Virus record (IMG/VR): IMGVR_UViG_3300031760_006869
Location: 1 to 39,768 of that record
Origin: a virus
Reading direction: 5' to 3' (one strand)
DNA length: 39,768 nt
Shown here one piece after another: positions 27,624 to 37,503 of the stretch (positions within the stretch are counted from its first letter, which is position 1; the number at the start of each line of letters is the position of its first letter). The notes under the pieces are model-generated. The model made no database searches. It worked only from the letters and a program-made list of their open reading frames with translations, and was not told the origin of the DNA. Both the position numbers and the translations under genes were made by a program.

Positions 27624-27625
27624 TT

Positions 27626-28588
27626 ATGTTAGAGAATACTAAAATCTGGACAAAAGGAAAACTGGAATTATTCCTTAACAATGAACCTCAAGAGGTTTAT
27701 GTAACCAGAGAAAGCGTACATGATACTTATAAGGACCTGCAGTCTACTCTTACCAATGACGGAAGCGTACCTATTGGTATAGACCACCTTCCAGAGGCAG
27801 TAATAAAAGCGAATCCTATTCTTGAGAAATTGGATTTGCTTAATGTAGGTACTATAACAGCTGTTGATTACAATACCGCAGATGACAGTATTGAAATCAA
27901 GGAAGCTACACTCACCAACCCATTAATCAAGCAGTTATACTTGGATGGTGAGTTGGATAGTGTGAGTATAGTTGCACCTGCAACTGTCAAGACATGTCCA
28001 CAAAACGATGATGTTTTGATAGTTGAAAAGACTACAATTGATCGTGTGGATATTGTCGGTGAAGGTGCATGTCCAACTTGCAAAATACCAAAACCCACTA
28101 ACGCTAGGGATTTTGTGTATGCAAGAAAACCAATAAATACCAATACGGAGGTTAATGATATGGCAGAAGATGAAACCATTACTATGGAAAACATTCAAGC
28201 ATTGCTTGATGAGGCACTTAACCCAGTTACCGAAAAATTAACTGCTATAGAAGAAAGAGTAGCAGCTCTTGAAGAAGAACCAGCAGACGATGAAGGTAAA
28301 CCAGGTGAAGAGAATGATGAGATTAAAGCTGCAAAAGCAGAAGCTGCAGAAGCAGTTGTCGACGCTCAAATCATGGCAGGCAAAGTGGTGCCTGCACAAA
28401 AGGAAGCAATGACTAAACTTGCAATTGCAGACATGGAAAGCTTCAAGGCTTTAATGAAAGATGCTCCAATCGTTGTAGATTTGGAAGCTAGAAGATCATT
28501 ACTTGGACTTGATGACGAAGAGGGTGACGAAGAGTTATCCGATGATGAAAAATTAATTGCAGAAGTAAACGCTGCATTCAACAAATAA
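27626..28588 (+). CDS. Prohead protease / scaffold protein
   Basis: PIGIDH and LDSVSI motifs. C-terminal acidic coiled scaffold with GKVVPAQKE (Mu I-like). Confidence 0.7.
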   Translation: MLENTKIWTKGKLELFLNNEPQEVYVTRESVHDTYKDLQSTLTNDGSVPIGIDHLPEAVIKANPILEKLDLLNVGTITAVDYNTADDSIEIKEATLTNPLIKQLYLDGELDSVSIVAPATVKTCPQNDDVLIVEKTTIDRVDIVGEGACPTCKIPKPTNARDFVYARKPINTNTEVNDMAEDETITMENIQALLDEALNPVTEKLTAIEERVAALEEEPADDEGKPGEENDEIKAAKAEAAEAVVDAQIMAGKVVPAQKEAMTKLAIADMESFKALMKDAPIVVDLEARRSLLGLDDEEGDEELSDDEKLIAEVNAAFNK

Positions 28589-28621
28589 AATCATAAACTT
28601 ATTTATCGAGGTGTTTTTAAA

Positions 28622-29110
28622 ATGAGTGAAAAATATGACATTGGAAGCTTCGGTGTAACCGCAGCATTCAAAGTAAAAGAAGGAAACCTCACCATTGTAA
28701 CCACTCAAGGTGTAGGTGGGGACATAACCAGACCCTCCCTTGCAACCCCTGTTAAAAAAGGCATGGGATTAAAGATTGCTGGTGATTTCTTATTCGCACC
28801 AGTAGGGGCAGGAGACACTCCTATCGGATTTGCAGCAGCAGACCCAGTGGATTGGGCAGTGGAACCAACCACATCTGCAAACGATGGATACTACGAAAGA
28901 AGATACTGCAGTATTGAATTCCGTGGTCACAAGATCAAGACTGTTAAACTTGAAGCAGGAAACAGTGCAATTGTTGCCGGTGATTACATCAAGGCAGGAA
29001 CCACCACTGCAGACTGCTTTGACAAAGGAGCTTCAAACAACCACATTGCATTAGCATTAGAAGCAGCTAGTGCATCTAGTGGTGCAGAGATTGCAGTCTT
29101 ATTCTTATAA
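28622..29110 (+). CDS. Capsid decoration/cement protein (putative)
   Basis: Small Ala/Gly-rich beta protein between scaffold and major capsid genes. Confidence 0.6.
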   Translation: MSEKYDIGSFGVTAAFKVKEGNLTIVTTQGVGGDITRPSLATPVKKGMGLKIAGDFLFAPVGAGDTPIGFAAADPVDWAVEPTTSANDGYYERRYCSIEFRGHKIKTVKLEAGNSAIVAGDYIKAGTTTADCFDKGASNNHIALALEAASASSGAEIAVLFL

Positions 29111-29143
29111 AAAAAATTAGATTTTTGATTGGAGGTTACAATT

Positions 29144-30040
29144 ATGGAAACTTTGCCAAAAGACTATTTCCTTAGAGGACATAACAAGGAGTACTATGTC
29201 CAAGAACAAATTTACAAAAAATTAAGATTCTTAAACGAGTTACCAATGGTACAGAACGAAACCGGTGAATTCACCAATTACATCATCGACAACAATGTCG
29301 ACACTATCGGAGATCCTATTACCATTGCAGAAGGTGTTGAATTCAACGAAATCAGCTTCGGAAAACCATCCACAAAACGTGGAGCAACCATCGCTAAAGG
29401 TTTCATGTTCAAATGGACCGACAAGATGGCAAGACAAGGCAGATTAAACGCTAACATGCAAATCTTCCTTACCAAGGCCGTAGCAAGCATGACCCAGTTC
29501 TACGATAAGACTTTCCTATCCGCATTCGCTGCAGCAGCTGGAGCAAGTGCACCATCCAACCTTTCAGATTGGGGAGAGGAAACCATCGATTGTATGGCAG
29601 ATGAAATCTACATCTGTGACGCTATGGAAGCTGGAGGAGACAGTGGTTTCAAAGCAACCACCGTATTCCTATCACGTGCAGATTACCTTGCAAGACAATT
29701 GTACATGAAATCATTCAACGGAAAGATTGAATCCGAATTAAACTATATCCCTATGGGTAGTGCTTTATCCACCGGTACTGGTATTGTAGTTGATGCTTCC
29801 ACTCCTGTCGCAACAATCGAAAAATACGTAGACTCTAACTACAGTGTAGTGAGACAAGCAGAACTCAAAGCAGAAAAGGCCGGAACCTTGGACAACTTGA
29901 AAGTTCCTGAATCCTTCATCAACATTTGGGAACCTGAACCAAGAGTCCCTGGTGTACATGAAGTCTACCTTTGGGCTGAAGCTAACGTGAACGTTGTCGA
30001 ACCAAAAGGTATTATGGTTATTGACCTTGACGGATCATAG
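29144..30040 (+). CDS. Major capsid protein (HK97 fold, inferred)
   Basis: ~298 aa, GGAGG RBS before ATG 29144, canonical position. Confidence 0.8.
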   Translation: METLPKDYFLRGHNKEYYVQEQIYKKLRFLNELPMVQNETGEFTNYIIDNNVDTIGDPITIAEGVEFNEISFGKPSTKRGATIAKGFMFKWTDKMARQGRLNANMQIFLTKAVASMTQFYDKTFLSAFAAAAGASAPSNLSDWGEETIDCMADEIYICDAMEAGGDSGFKATTVFLSRADYLARQLYMKSFNGKIESELNYIPMGSALSTGTGIVVDASTPVATIEKYVDSNYSVVRQAELKAEKAGTLDNLKVPESFINIWEPEPRVPGVHEVYLWAEANVNVVEPKGIMVIDLDGS

Positions 30041-30085
30041 AATCCGTCAATCTTTTTTTACCTTTTTTTATAGGAGGTTAGATTT

Positions 30086-30331
30086 ATGACTATTAAAGGT
30101 TTTGCAGCCGCTCAAAGACATAAAGGCGGCTTTGACAAATGGGTTTACGATATGATTGTTGCCTTATCAAATGGTGAGACCAGTGACAGCACTGCCATCA
30201 ATGAGATTAAAGCGGCAATCGGTACTGAAACCACTGCAGACACTATCCTTTACAGGATTAAGGCATTGGAAACTGCAGCAGCCAATAGCGGTTCCGGAGG
30301 CTCTGGAAGCGGAGGCTCTGGATCTAGTTAA
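30086..30331 (+). CDS. Small virion protein with Gly/Ser-rich tail
   Basis: GGAGG RBS. Ends SGSGGSGSGGSGSS. Confidence 0.65.
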   Translation: MTIKGFAAAQRHKGGFDKWVYDMIVALSNGETSDSTAINEIKAAIGTETTADTILYRIKALETAAANSGSGGSGSGGSGSS

Positions 30332-30403
30332 ACTTTAACTAGAGACCTTATAAAAATTCTTTTTCTTAAATTTATTTAATTTTTTTTAAGGAGGTTAAAA
30401 ATT

Positions 30404-30877
30404 TTGACTGAAGAGGAAACCAATAATGAAGAGGAAGTAGAGGAAACTTCAGAAAACGAGGAAACAACCTCACATACCAACATTTATTCAAACGCAACAA
30501 GCGTACGTTCCCTCATCAAATACACCGGTGACGATGCCGATGATGATCTTGTGTTCCTTGCATGTGATAATGCAGATGCAACAGTGAAATCCAAATTGTT
30601 AAAGTTTAGGATTCCAGAACCAGACGCTAACAATATACCTGTGGAATTGAAAACAGCAGCAAACTATTACGCAGTAAGCGACATATTACAGTCATTATAT
30701 AGTGGTGAGGAACGTAGCGGTAATGAACAAGCGTATTATGAGAAGGCAGATGAGTTAATCCATAACTATATAGATATGCAATTGGATGCCTTGGCTGCTA
30801 CAGAGTTGAAATTCAAATCTCCTTATGGTGTAAGTCAAAGCCCTGACCCTTATCAGCTTGGAATACTCAGGAGGTAA
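30404..30877 (+). CDS. Head-tail adaptor (putative)
   Basis: Position. DNADATVKSKL...VELKTAANYYAV helical pattern. Confidence 0.65.
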   Translation: MTEEETNNEEEVEETSENEETTSHTNIYSNATSVRSLIKYTGDDADDDLVFLACDNADATVKSKLLKFRIPEPDANNIPVELKTAANYYAVSDILQSLYSGEERSGNEQAYYEKADELIHNYIDMQLDALAATELKFKSPYGVSQSPDPYQLGILRR

Positions 30878-30883
30878 AAACTT

Positions 30884-31324
30884 ATGAGTATGGATGCCTT
30901 GATTGAAACAGCGACACTTGTTGAACATTTCAATCGCAAAGCAGAGGAAATACCAGACCGGTTAAAGACCTTGGTGTCAGAGGTTGCTTTCATCTACCAA
31001 AACAATATCATGGATGAAGCTCCTGTAGTGACTCATAACTTGCAGGCAGCTACCAAGATTGAGAACATTGATGATTACACTTCAAGGGTTTATGTTGATG
31101 AAGGTACTGCTCCTTATGCAATATATGTTATATTGGGAACAGGGCCTCATGAGATATTCCCTAAGAGTGCCGGTGCTTTGTTTTGGCCTGGAGCACCTCA
31201 TCCAGTACCTAGTGTTTTGCACCCAGGAACTGCACCTAATCCTTACTTTGACCGTGGTGCAGAAATGGCTAAGATTGAGGCAGATATGGAAGTGCAGAAT
31301 TTCATTCAATGGCTAACAGAATAA
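30884..31324 (+). CDS. Neck / tail-completion protein (HK97 gp10-like)
   Basis: APVVTHNLQ...YAIYVILGT...HPGTAPNPYF. Confidence 0.75.
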   Translation: MSMDALIETATLVEHFNRKAEEIPDRLKTLVSEVAFIYQNNIMDEAPVVTHNLQAATKIENIDDYTSRVYVDEGTAPYAIYVILGTGPHEIFPKSAGALFWPGAPHPVPSVLHPGTAPNPYFDRGAEMAKIEADMEVQNFIQWLTE

Positions 31325-31809
31325 AAAGGGAGGATGTGATTTTTTTGACTAACAGTTACAAAATGACACATATAGGCTTGGCCTTAGAGGGCCTGTTACA
31401 GGACCTTAAGGATGACAATAACAGAAAGGTTTTTGACAAGGTTATTCTAGGCCTTGGGGAAAATGATGTTAAACAGTTCAATCGTTGTATAGGAATTGCA
31501 TATGTAAAAGGAGCCAAAGATTTCAATGATACATTTGGAAAACGCAATGTTCCAAACAGTATTAATAGTGTTGTTGCCTTTGTGATCAAGGGAACACAAA
31601 GGGCAAGGTATGATGAGGCAATGAAAATAGCTGACATTATACTATACAAATTCAGACACAATGATGATTGGATTTACTTAAAAGACAGTAACCATCAAAA
31701 TACTGTCAGAGGAACAAAGATAACTGATTTTAATGTATCATTATTCCAAAATGGTAAAAGATTAGACATTGCTTGTGTTTTCACATTAACCCACACTATA
31801 TGTGGTTAG
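31309..31809 (+). CDS. Tail terminator protein (putative; true start may be TTG 31345)
   Basis: Position before the tail tube gene and alpha/beta pattern. Confidence 0.6.
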   Translation: MANRIKREDVIFLTNSYKMTHIGLALEGLLQDLKDDNNRKVFDKVILGLGENDVKQFNRCIGIAYVKGAKDFNDTFGKRNVPNSINSVVAFVIKGTQRARYDEAMKIADIILYKFRHNDDWIYLKDSNHQNTVRGTKITDFNVSLFQNGKRLDIACVFTLTHTICG

Positions 31810-31855
31810 ATAAATTTAAGAAAGATTACTATTTTTTTATGGAGGATGAATAATA

Positions 31856-32854
31856 ATGAGCAGATATTTTGGATTCGCTAAAGAATCAACATATGGTACT
31901 CCAAACACCACAGCAGAAATGTACTTAAATGCTGGAAAATGTACTCTTGATGCTCCAGATGATCCGACTATTGAAGTGCCTAGTTTTGAGGAAACACCCT
32001 CTGATGTGAAAGCAGGACTTTACAGTCCTTCAGGGGATGTTGAATTGGCATTAGACATTCACAGCATAATGCCTATCCTTTATTTTGCATTCGGACAGTA
32101 CAAATTCACAGAAGGAGCAACCAGTAGTGATCCTAACATTCATGAGATTTGGGCTGCAGGATGTCATAAATTACCATCATTCACTGCAATGGTGGGTAAA
32201 GGTGACTGCGGTAATACTGATGAGGAATTTGAACATCAGTTCTATGGATGTGTAATTTCAAAATTAAGTTTTGCATTATCCAATGGTTTGGCTACATGTA
32301 CTGCTAGCATTCAAGCACAAAGAGATGCACCTGGAGTGATACAAACTGTTGACTTGGAAGAGATATGTCCTATTGCATTCCATGAAGCGGAAACCACCTT
32401 AGATAATGAGGACATTACAGCAGACACTACCAGCTTCAACTTTGACTTTGACAATAACGTTAAACCTGAAGATGGGCAAGTGTTCGGAAGCATGTTCCCA
32501 GATTCATTAACCAGCAATGGGAAAAGTCCTAGCGTAACCACAGAGTTAAAGTACCGTGGTAAAAAGTACCTTGTCAAGTTTTGGGGAGGGCAAAACGGCC
32601 CAACTAAACAATCCAGTTACTTCGATTATCATATAGATTTCACTGATGTAGACGGCAATACATTGCAGTTATATTTCCCAAGATGTAGGTTCAAAAGCAC
32701 ACCTACACCGATTGAAGGTACTGATGCAATCAAGACTAATGTATCACTTGCTATCTTAAAAGGTGAAGTGACCTTGAATGATGATGAGACCAAAATAAGG
32801 ACCAGTTGTCTTGCAACAATTACCAGTAAAGACAGTGCTTACATTTCAGCATAA
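31856..32854 (+). CDS. Major tail (tube) protein
   Basis: YFGFAKESTYGT N-terminus, position and size. Confidence 0.85.
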   Translation: MSRYFGFAKESTYGTPNTTAEMYLNAGKCTLDAPDDPTIEVPSFEETPSDVKAGLYSPSGDVELALDIHSIMPILYFAFGQYKFTEGATSSDPNIHEIWAAGCHKLPSFTAMVGKGDCGNTDEEFEHQFYGCVISKLSFALSNGLATCTASIQAQRDAPGVIQTVDLEEICPIAFHEAETTLDNEDITADTTSFNFDFDNNVKPEDGQVFGSMFPDSLTSNGKSPSVTTELKYRGKKYLVKFWGGQNGPTKQSSYFDYHIDFTDVDGNTLQLYFPRCRFKSTPTPIEGTDAIKTNVSLAILKGEVTLNDDETKIRTSCLATITSKDSAYISA

Positions 32855-32959
32855 AACTAAATAGTTTTATGCTAAAATTAAACTTTTTTTTAAAATTTTA
32901 TAATTTTTTAATTTTTATACTCTTTTTTTAGAATAATTTTTTTCATGGAGGGTTTATTT

Positions 32960-33388
32960 ATGTCCAATTTAGAAGTTTTAGAAAAATTAGTTGCTGGAAC
33001 TTCAGCAGCTAAAGAAGTAATAGTTAATTTTGAAGATAATGATTATCCTTTTAAGATAAGGCCGTTGACAGATGGAGAGTTAACAAAACTAAAAAAGATA
33101 GAAAACGGATCATTAACCTTTAAGGTTAAAATTGATGATAACGGCAAAAGAAAAGGGGAGCCGGAAACACAGAATCAGGCCGACATCAATACTGGAGAAT
33201 ACCAAGAAAGGCAAGTTAGAGCAAAATACACTGCTATAGCATACAGCCTCAGTGTAGATGGGGAAACATTCCCTGTAGAAAAGGTTGAAGATTTCCCTAA
33301 GGGATTGCCTGACATAGTGTTTAAGGAAGTCATAAAAATATCCGGCTTGGAAGCTGGAGACTTGGCTGTGTTGAAGAACTTTCTCTAA
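32960..33388 (+). CDS. Tail assembly chaperone (lambda gpG-like)
   Basis: Between tube and tape-measure genes. FKIRPLT motif. GGAGG RBS before ATG 32960. Confidence 0.75.
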   Translation: MSNLEVLEKLVAGTSAAKEVIVNFEDNDYPFKIRPLTDGELTKLKKIENGSLTFKVKIDDNGKRKGEPETQNQADINTGEYQERQVRAKYTAIAYSLSVDGETFPVEKVEDFPKGLPDIVFKEVIKISGLEAGDLAVLKNFL

Positions 33389-33647
33389 AACAAATGCTGC
33401 CAAGATTTTATATAAAGATCATAAGAATGGTGTAAGGCTCTGCAATTCACAGCAGGACCTTACATTTTATCAGAAATATTTCTTAAGCTTGATGGCTGCA
33501 GAGGAAATAAGGGAAGAGAAGTTGTTCCTCGCAAAATTCGATGCTCTTTGCAAAGCAAATGGTGTTAAAATCGAGGAAGATGATAATGACCCTTCAAGTT
33601 TCCGTGGAAAAATGTTAGAAAAGATGAGAAGAAATCAAGAGGAATGA
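33375..33647 (+). CDS. Frameshift extension of the tail chaperone (gpT-like), in the +1 frame
   Basis: 90 open codons without a 5' start codon, overlapping the chaperone end and ending 6 nt before the tape-measure gene. Confidence 0.65.
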   Translation, partial: RTFSKTNAAKILYKDHKNGVRLCNSQQDLTFYQKYFLSLMAAEEIREEKLFLAKFDALCKANGVKIEEDDNDPSSFRGKMLEKMRRNQEE

Positions 33648-33653
33648 TAATTT

Positions 33654-36149
33654 ATGGCAGATAATATGGAGGTTATCATATCTGCAATTGATGATGCTAG
33701 TGAAATATTCAACAGCATTGTAGCCAGTTGTGAAGAAATGATGTCTGGCATTTCTGCTAGTGCGGATGAGGCTTCGGTTAGTATTGATGAGATTGCTCCT
33801 GCTGCAGAGGAAGTTGAATCAGCTATTGCCAGTATAGATCCATCAGGTATTGATGAGGTTGGCAGTGCTGCAAGTGATGCTGCTAGCGGTGCTGATGAAC
33901 TTGGCGATAGCCTTGGAGGTGCTTCAGATGCCGCAGAGGAACTAGGAAACAGTATGGGCATCATAGAAGGGGGCCTATTGTTAGGTGCTGCAGAGCAAAT
34001 AGGGAACCTTGCAGGAAACACTGAGGACATGGCTCAACAAATGAACACAGCTGCAATAACTATAGGTCAGCTTGCCACTCAAACTGGCATTGCAGAACCT
34101 CAAATGGTGGCATTGATTAATGAGATAAGTAATGCTACATTCCCTAATGATGAGGCAATGATGTATGTCAAATCATTATCCCAAATTGGAGTTTCTGCAA
34201 GTAATCTTGGAAAATCCGCTACTGATTTGGATAAGATTAACGATGCCTTTGGAATGGGAGCAGGTAGAGTTAACAGTTTAGGCCAGGAATTAAGCGTACT
34301 TGGTGTAGATATGAACAATGTATCTGACAGTTTTAATGCTTTGGCTTATGCAAATGCAAATACTGTAGGTGGAATGGATAACTATTACAATTTCCTTAAG
34401 AAATACGATGCTCAATTCAAGGAATTAGGTTATGATGTAGACCAATCTTCCATAATCATTGCAGCAGCCACACAAAAATACGGTGGTGGCCGTGCTGCAT
34501 TAAGCGGTTTATCAGAGGCATTGGAACAGGCTGATGGTGATACACGCAAATTGGAACAAGCTCTTGGAATTCAAGCCGGAACACTTGACAATGCAAGTGC
34601 TGTCACAGGACAATATGAAGGTCAATTGCAGGAATTGGCTAATGAAGAGGCAGAGCATAAGACAATCCTTGACCAGATAGGTGCAGCATGGGAGGATGTA
34701 AGCCTATCATTGAGTGGTGTTTTGTCTCCAGCTGCAAGTGCAATCAGTTTAATAGGTCAAGTTGGTAGTGTAGGAACGAGTGTCAAGGGTATTAAGGAGT
34801 TAACAACCACTTTCAATCAGCTCAGAGCTGCAAATATTGCTTCAACAGCCTCTAATTATGCATTGGCTGCAAGTCAAACAGTATTAAATGCTGCCACCAC
34901 TATATCTACTACTGCAATGGGGATTTTAAGTGGTGAAATCAGCTTAGTAACTATTGCAACAGAAATGTGGAATGCTGTATTGGCTATGAACCCATTAGTC
35001 CTAGTGGCAGTTGCAGCAGTCGCATTGGCAGTTGCAGTTTATGAGGTCGGTAAAGCGTTCGGATGGTGGTCAGATGTATCCTCAATGTTAGATGCCATAT
35101 CTGCCGGTGTAAATCGTCTATGGGAAGCGTTCATAAACAATCCGGATGTGCAGGCCTTCTTGACTGCAATAGGTGCAGCATTTAATGTAGTCTCAGGAGC
35201 AGTGGGCAATGCTGTAGGATGGGTGCTCAGTTTCTTTAATGTTTCTGCTCCAGGCAATTTTGACATAGTGAGACTGGTGATAGATGCTGTAGGTGCCGCT
35301 TGGAATGCAATGACTTTGCCAATAAGGGCTGTCATAACTGTCATAAGGACATTCCTAACAATTCAAGAATTAGGACGTCAAGCAGCACAAGGATTCATAT
35401 CAAATGTGATCAATAACATCAAGAATCTTCCTAGTCGTGTTGGTTCATATGTGACTCAAACAACTTCAAGGATTGCAAGCGGTGCTCGAGCATGGGCAAC
35501 AAATGCAGGAAGAGGTGCAATCAACACTGTAAACAGTGTTATAAATCAAGTTCAAAACTTACCTAATAAGGTTTACAATGAATTCATTAAGATTGGTCAG
35601 CGTATACGTGAAAGTGTAGGTGCTGCAGTGAGAGCAGCTACCAGTTTTGGTGGCGATATAGTGAGTGCAGTATTAGGTGCATTGCACATTGCATCACCAG
35701 GTATCATACAACGTAAGACTGTTGGAGAGTTTGAGGATACTGTAACACGCATTGCAGGAACCGCAAGAAGTGCATATACTGCAGGGCAAAGCGTAGGTCA
35801 AAGCATAGTGGATGGGTTCGATGATGTGAACCTGAACAATAAGAGCTTAAATTTCAATGCCACAGGAAACATTGCAACAGACCTTGCAAATGGTAAAGGA
35901 TTTGACATAACAACAGGCCAATATGTGGTAGAGGATACCAACATCAACCTTTACATTGACGGAAAATTATCACATGAATTCTTGAACCTTACCAATAACA
36001 TTAATGAAGTGGAACTTGCAAGGATCATAGAGGAAAGCGAGCTTAGTGATAGGTTTATCTACAAGCTTGTGCATAGTGATCTGTTCCAACACTTGGATAA
36101 TAAGGTGAAGGTAAGATTGCAATCTAGAGTAAAACGTAACGGAGCATAA
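33654..36149 (+). CDS. Tape measure protein (831 aa)
   Basis: IISAIDDAS N-terminus, Ala-rich helical repeats, and IASPG motif near the C-terminus. Confidence 0.9.
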   Translation: MADNMEVIISAIDDASEIFNSIVASCEEMMSGISASADEASVSIDEIAPAAEEVESAIASIDPSGIDEVGSAASDAASGADELGDSLGGASDAAEELGNSMGIIEGGLLLGAAEQIGNLAGNTEDMAQQMNTAAITIGQLATQTGIAEPQMVALINEISNATFPNDEAMMYVKSLSQIGVSASNLGKSATDLDKINDAFGMGAGRVNSLGQELSVLGVDMNNVSDSFNALAYANANTVGGMDNYYNFLKKYDAQFKELGYDVDQSSIIIAAATQKYGGGRAALSGLSEALEQADGDTRKLEQALGIQAGTLDNASAVTGQYEGQLQELANEEAEHKTILDQIGAAWEDVSLSLSGVLSPAASAISLIGQVGSVGTSVKGIKELTTTFNQLRAANIASTASNYALAASQTVLNAATTISTTAMGILSGEISLVTIATEMWNAVLAMNPLVLVAVAAVALAVAVYEVGKAFGWWSDVSSMLDAISAGVNRLWEAFINNPDVQAFLTAIGAAFNVVSGAVGNAVGWVLSFFNVSAPGNFDIVRLVIDAVGAAWNAMTLPIRAVITVIRTFLTIQELGRQAAQGFISNVINNIKNLPSRVGSYVTQTTSRIASGARAWATNAGRGAINTVNSVINQVQNLPNKVYNEFIKIGQRIRESVGAAVRAATSFGGDIVSAVLGALHIASPGIIQRKTVGEFEDTVTRIAGTARSAYTAGQSVGQSIVDGFDDVNLNNKSLNFNATGNIATDLANGKGFDITTGQYVVEDTNINLYIDGKLSHEFLNLTNNINEVELARIIEESELSDRFIYKLVHSDLFQHLDNKVKVRLQSRVKRNGA

Positions 36150-36153
36150 TTTT

Positions 36154-37485
36154 ATGAAGAGTATTATTATTCAACCATCCCATGTAAGAGGGTTAGGCAA
36201 TATCCTTGACAATGAGGATAACATACAGGGTTTGCATTGCAGGGTGGAAGCCCAGGATTCTCTTGTTGAGTTTGATGATCTTGAATTGAAAACTTATCAT
36301 ATGGGTACAGGAACTCAGTTAAACATCAGATTCATTTTAGATACTCTCAGTATACTTCCAGAGCAAAGCGTTCATATAGATGTGCTGGTTACTGATGATG
36401 AGAACAATCCAGTAAGTGGTGTTGATTTGTACATATATGAAAGTGATGAGCTTATAAGTCAGATGGAAACTGATGAGGACGGATACGGTGTTGAAGATGG
36501 AAGTTTAGGTTTCAACTTCACTAGTGAAGATGTAGGTAAGCATACATTGAAATGTGTGATTCCAAGACAGGACCTTTACTATGAATCCAAGAACGAATTA
36601 GTGATTAATGTATTGCAAGAAACCACTCTCACATTAACAATTGATCCGGATGAAATTGATACACTCACCGATACAATTACCTTGTACGGCACTCTTCTTA
36701 ATGAGGAAGAAGAGCCTGTTGTCGGTGAGATCATAACATTCTATGATAACACCACCCTTTTGGGATGGAGCATTACCAACGATTTAGGTGTTGCTACTTT
36801 AGTGGTTAACATAGAGGATATACAGGATTTAGGCCTTGTACCATATATCAGCATTGGATGGACCAAGACAAGTGACAATCCTAACAATCATACAGAGGAC
36901 GGAAGCCTTTATGTCTCTGCAACAATCAACGATACAGGCATCACTGGTTTGCCTTTGACTATTCTTGTCAACAATGATGTAATGTTTGAAGGGGTTACTG
37001 ATTCAACAGGACATGCTGACCTTTTAGACACCACTCTTAATCAGAATGCGGTTGTAACAGTAATCACTAAACATACCAATCTTTATAATGCGACCACTAA
37101 ACAATACCGTTTAGGTGAGGATAACATGTTGCAAGTTTACAGTGTAGGCCTTGCAGGAAACGGCCTAACAAACCCTAATTGTCTTGGTGAGGTTTCCTGT
37201 GTGCCTACTGATACTAATATCACTTGCAGTGTAAATGTCCGTACCTTGAACAATGTGCGTGTTCCTGGTTTGACTGTGGAGTTCTATAAGGACAGCACAT
37301 TGCTTGGTACTGGTGTGACTAATTATAATGGTAATGCAAGTTACACTTTGACTAGTGGAGATAGTAGTGCGGAGTATTTGTTGAAGGCTGTCATAAGCAA
37401 TCAAGCGGGTTATACTGGCACTAACCGAGAGTTTAACACTATCCTTGTCGGTGGCGAGGGCAGTACTTGTGAAGATTATATATAA
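36154..37485 (+). CDS. Ig-like-domain minor tail / adhesin-like protein
   Basis: Repeated Ig-like units (VTDDENNPVSG...ETDEDG; ITFYDNTTLLG...TNDLGVA; VEFYKDSTLLGTGVTNYNGNA). Confidence 0.75.
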   Translation: MKSIIIQPSHVRGLGNILDNEDNIQGLHCRVEAQDSLVEFDDLELKTYHMGTGTQLNIRFILDTLSILPEQSVHIDVLVTDDENNPVSGVDLYIYESDELISQMETDEDGYGVEDGSLGFNFTSEDVGKHTLKCVIPRQDLYYESKNELVINVLQETTLTLTIDPDEIDTLTDTITLYGTLLNEEEEPVVGEIITFYDNTTLLGWSITNDLGVATLVVNIEDIQDLGLVPYISIGWTKTSDNPNNHTEDGSLYVSATINDTGITGLPLTILVNNDVMFEGVTDSTGHADLLDTTLNQNAVVTVITKHTNLYNATTKQYRLGEDNMLQVYSVGLAGNGLTNPNCLGEVSCVPTDTNITCSVNVRTLNNVRVPGLTVEFYKDSTLLGTGVTNYNGNASYTLTSGDSSAEYLLKAVISNQAGYTGTNREFNTILVGGEGSTCEDYI

Positions 37486-37503
37486 AGTAAGGAGTTAATT
37501 GAG

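Noticed and set aside
30286-30328. Gly/Ser repeat as a hypervariable contingency locus
   Set aside because: The DNA repeat is imperfect with synonymous variation; it looks like an ordinary flexible tail.
33386-33440. Canonical -1 frameshift in the tail chaperone
   Set aside because: No XXXYYYZ heptamer at the end of the gene, and the -1 frame hits TAA quickly.
1006-35344. Many 60-174 aa antisense or off-frame ORFs nested within large structural genes
   Set aside because: Fully overlap well-supported genes and show no motifs or RBS.
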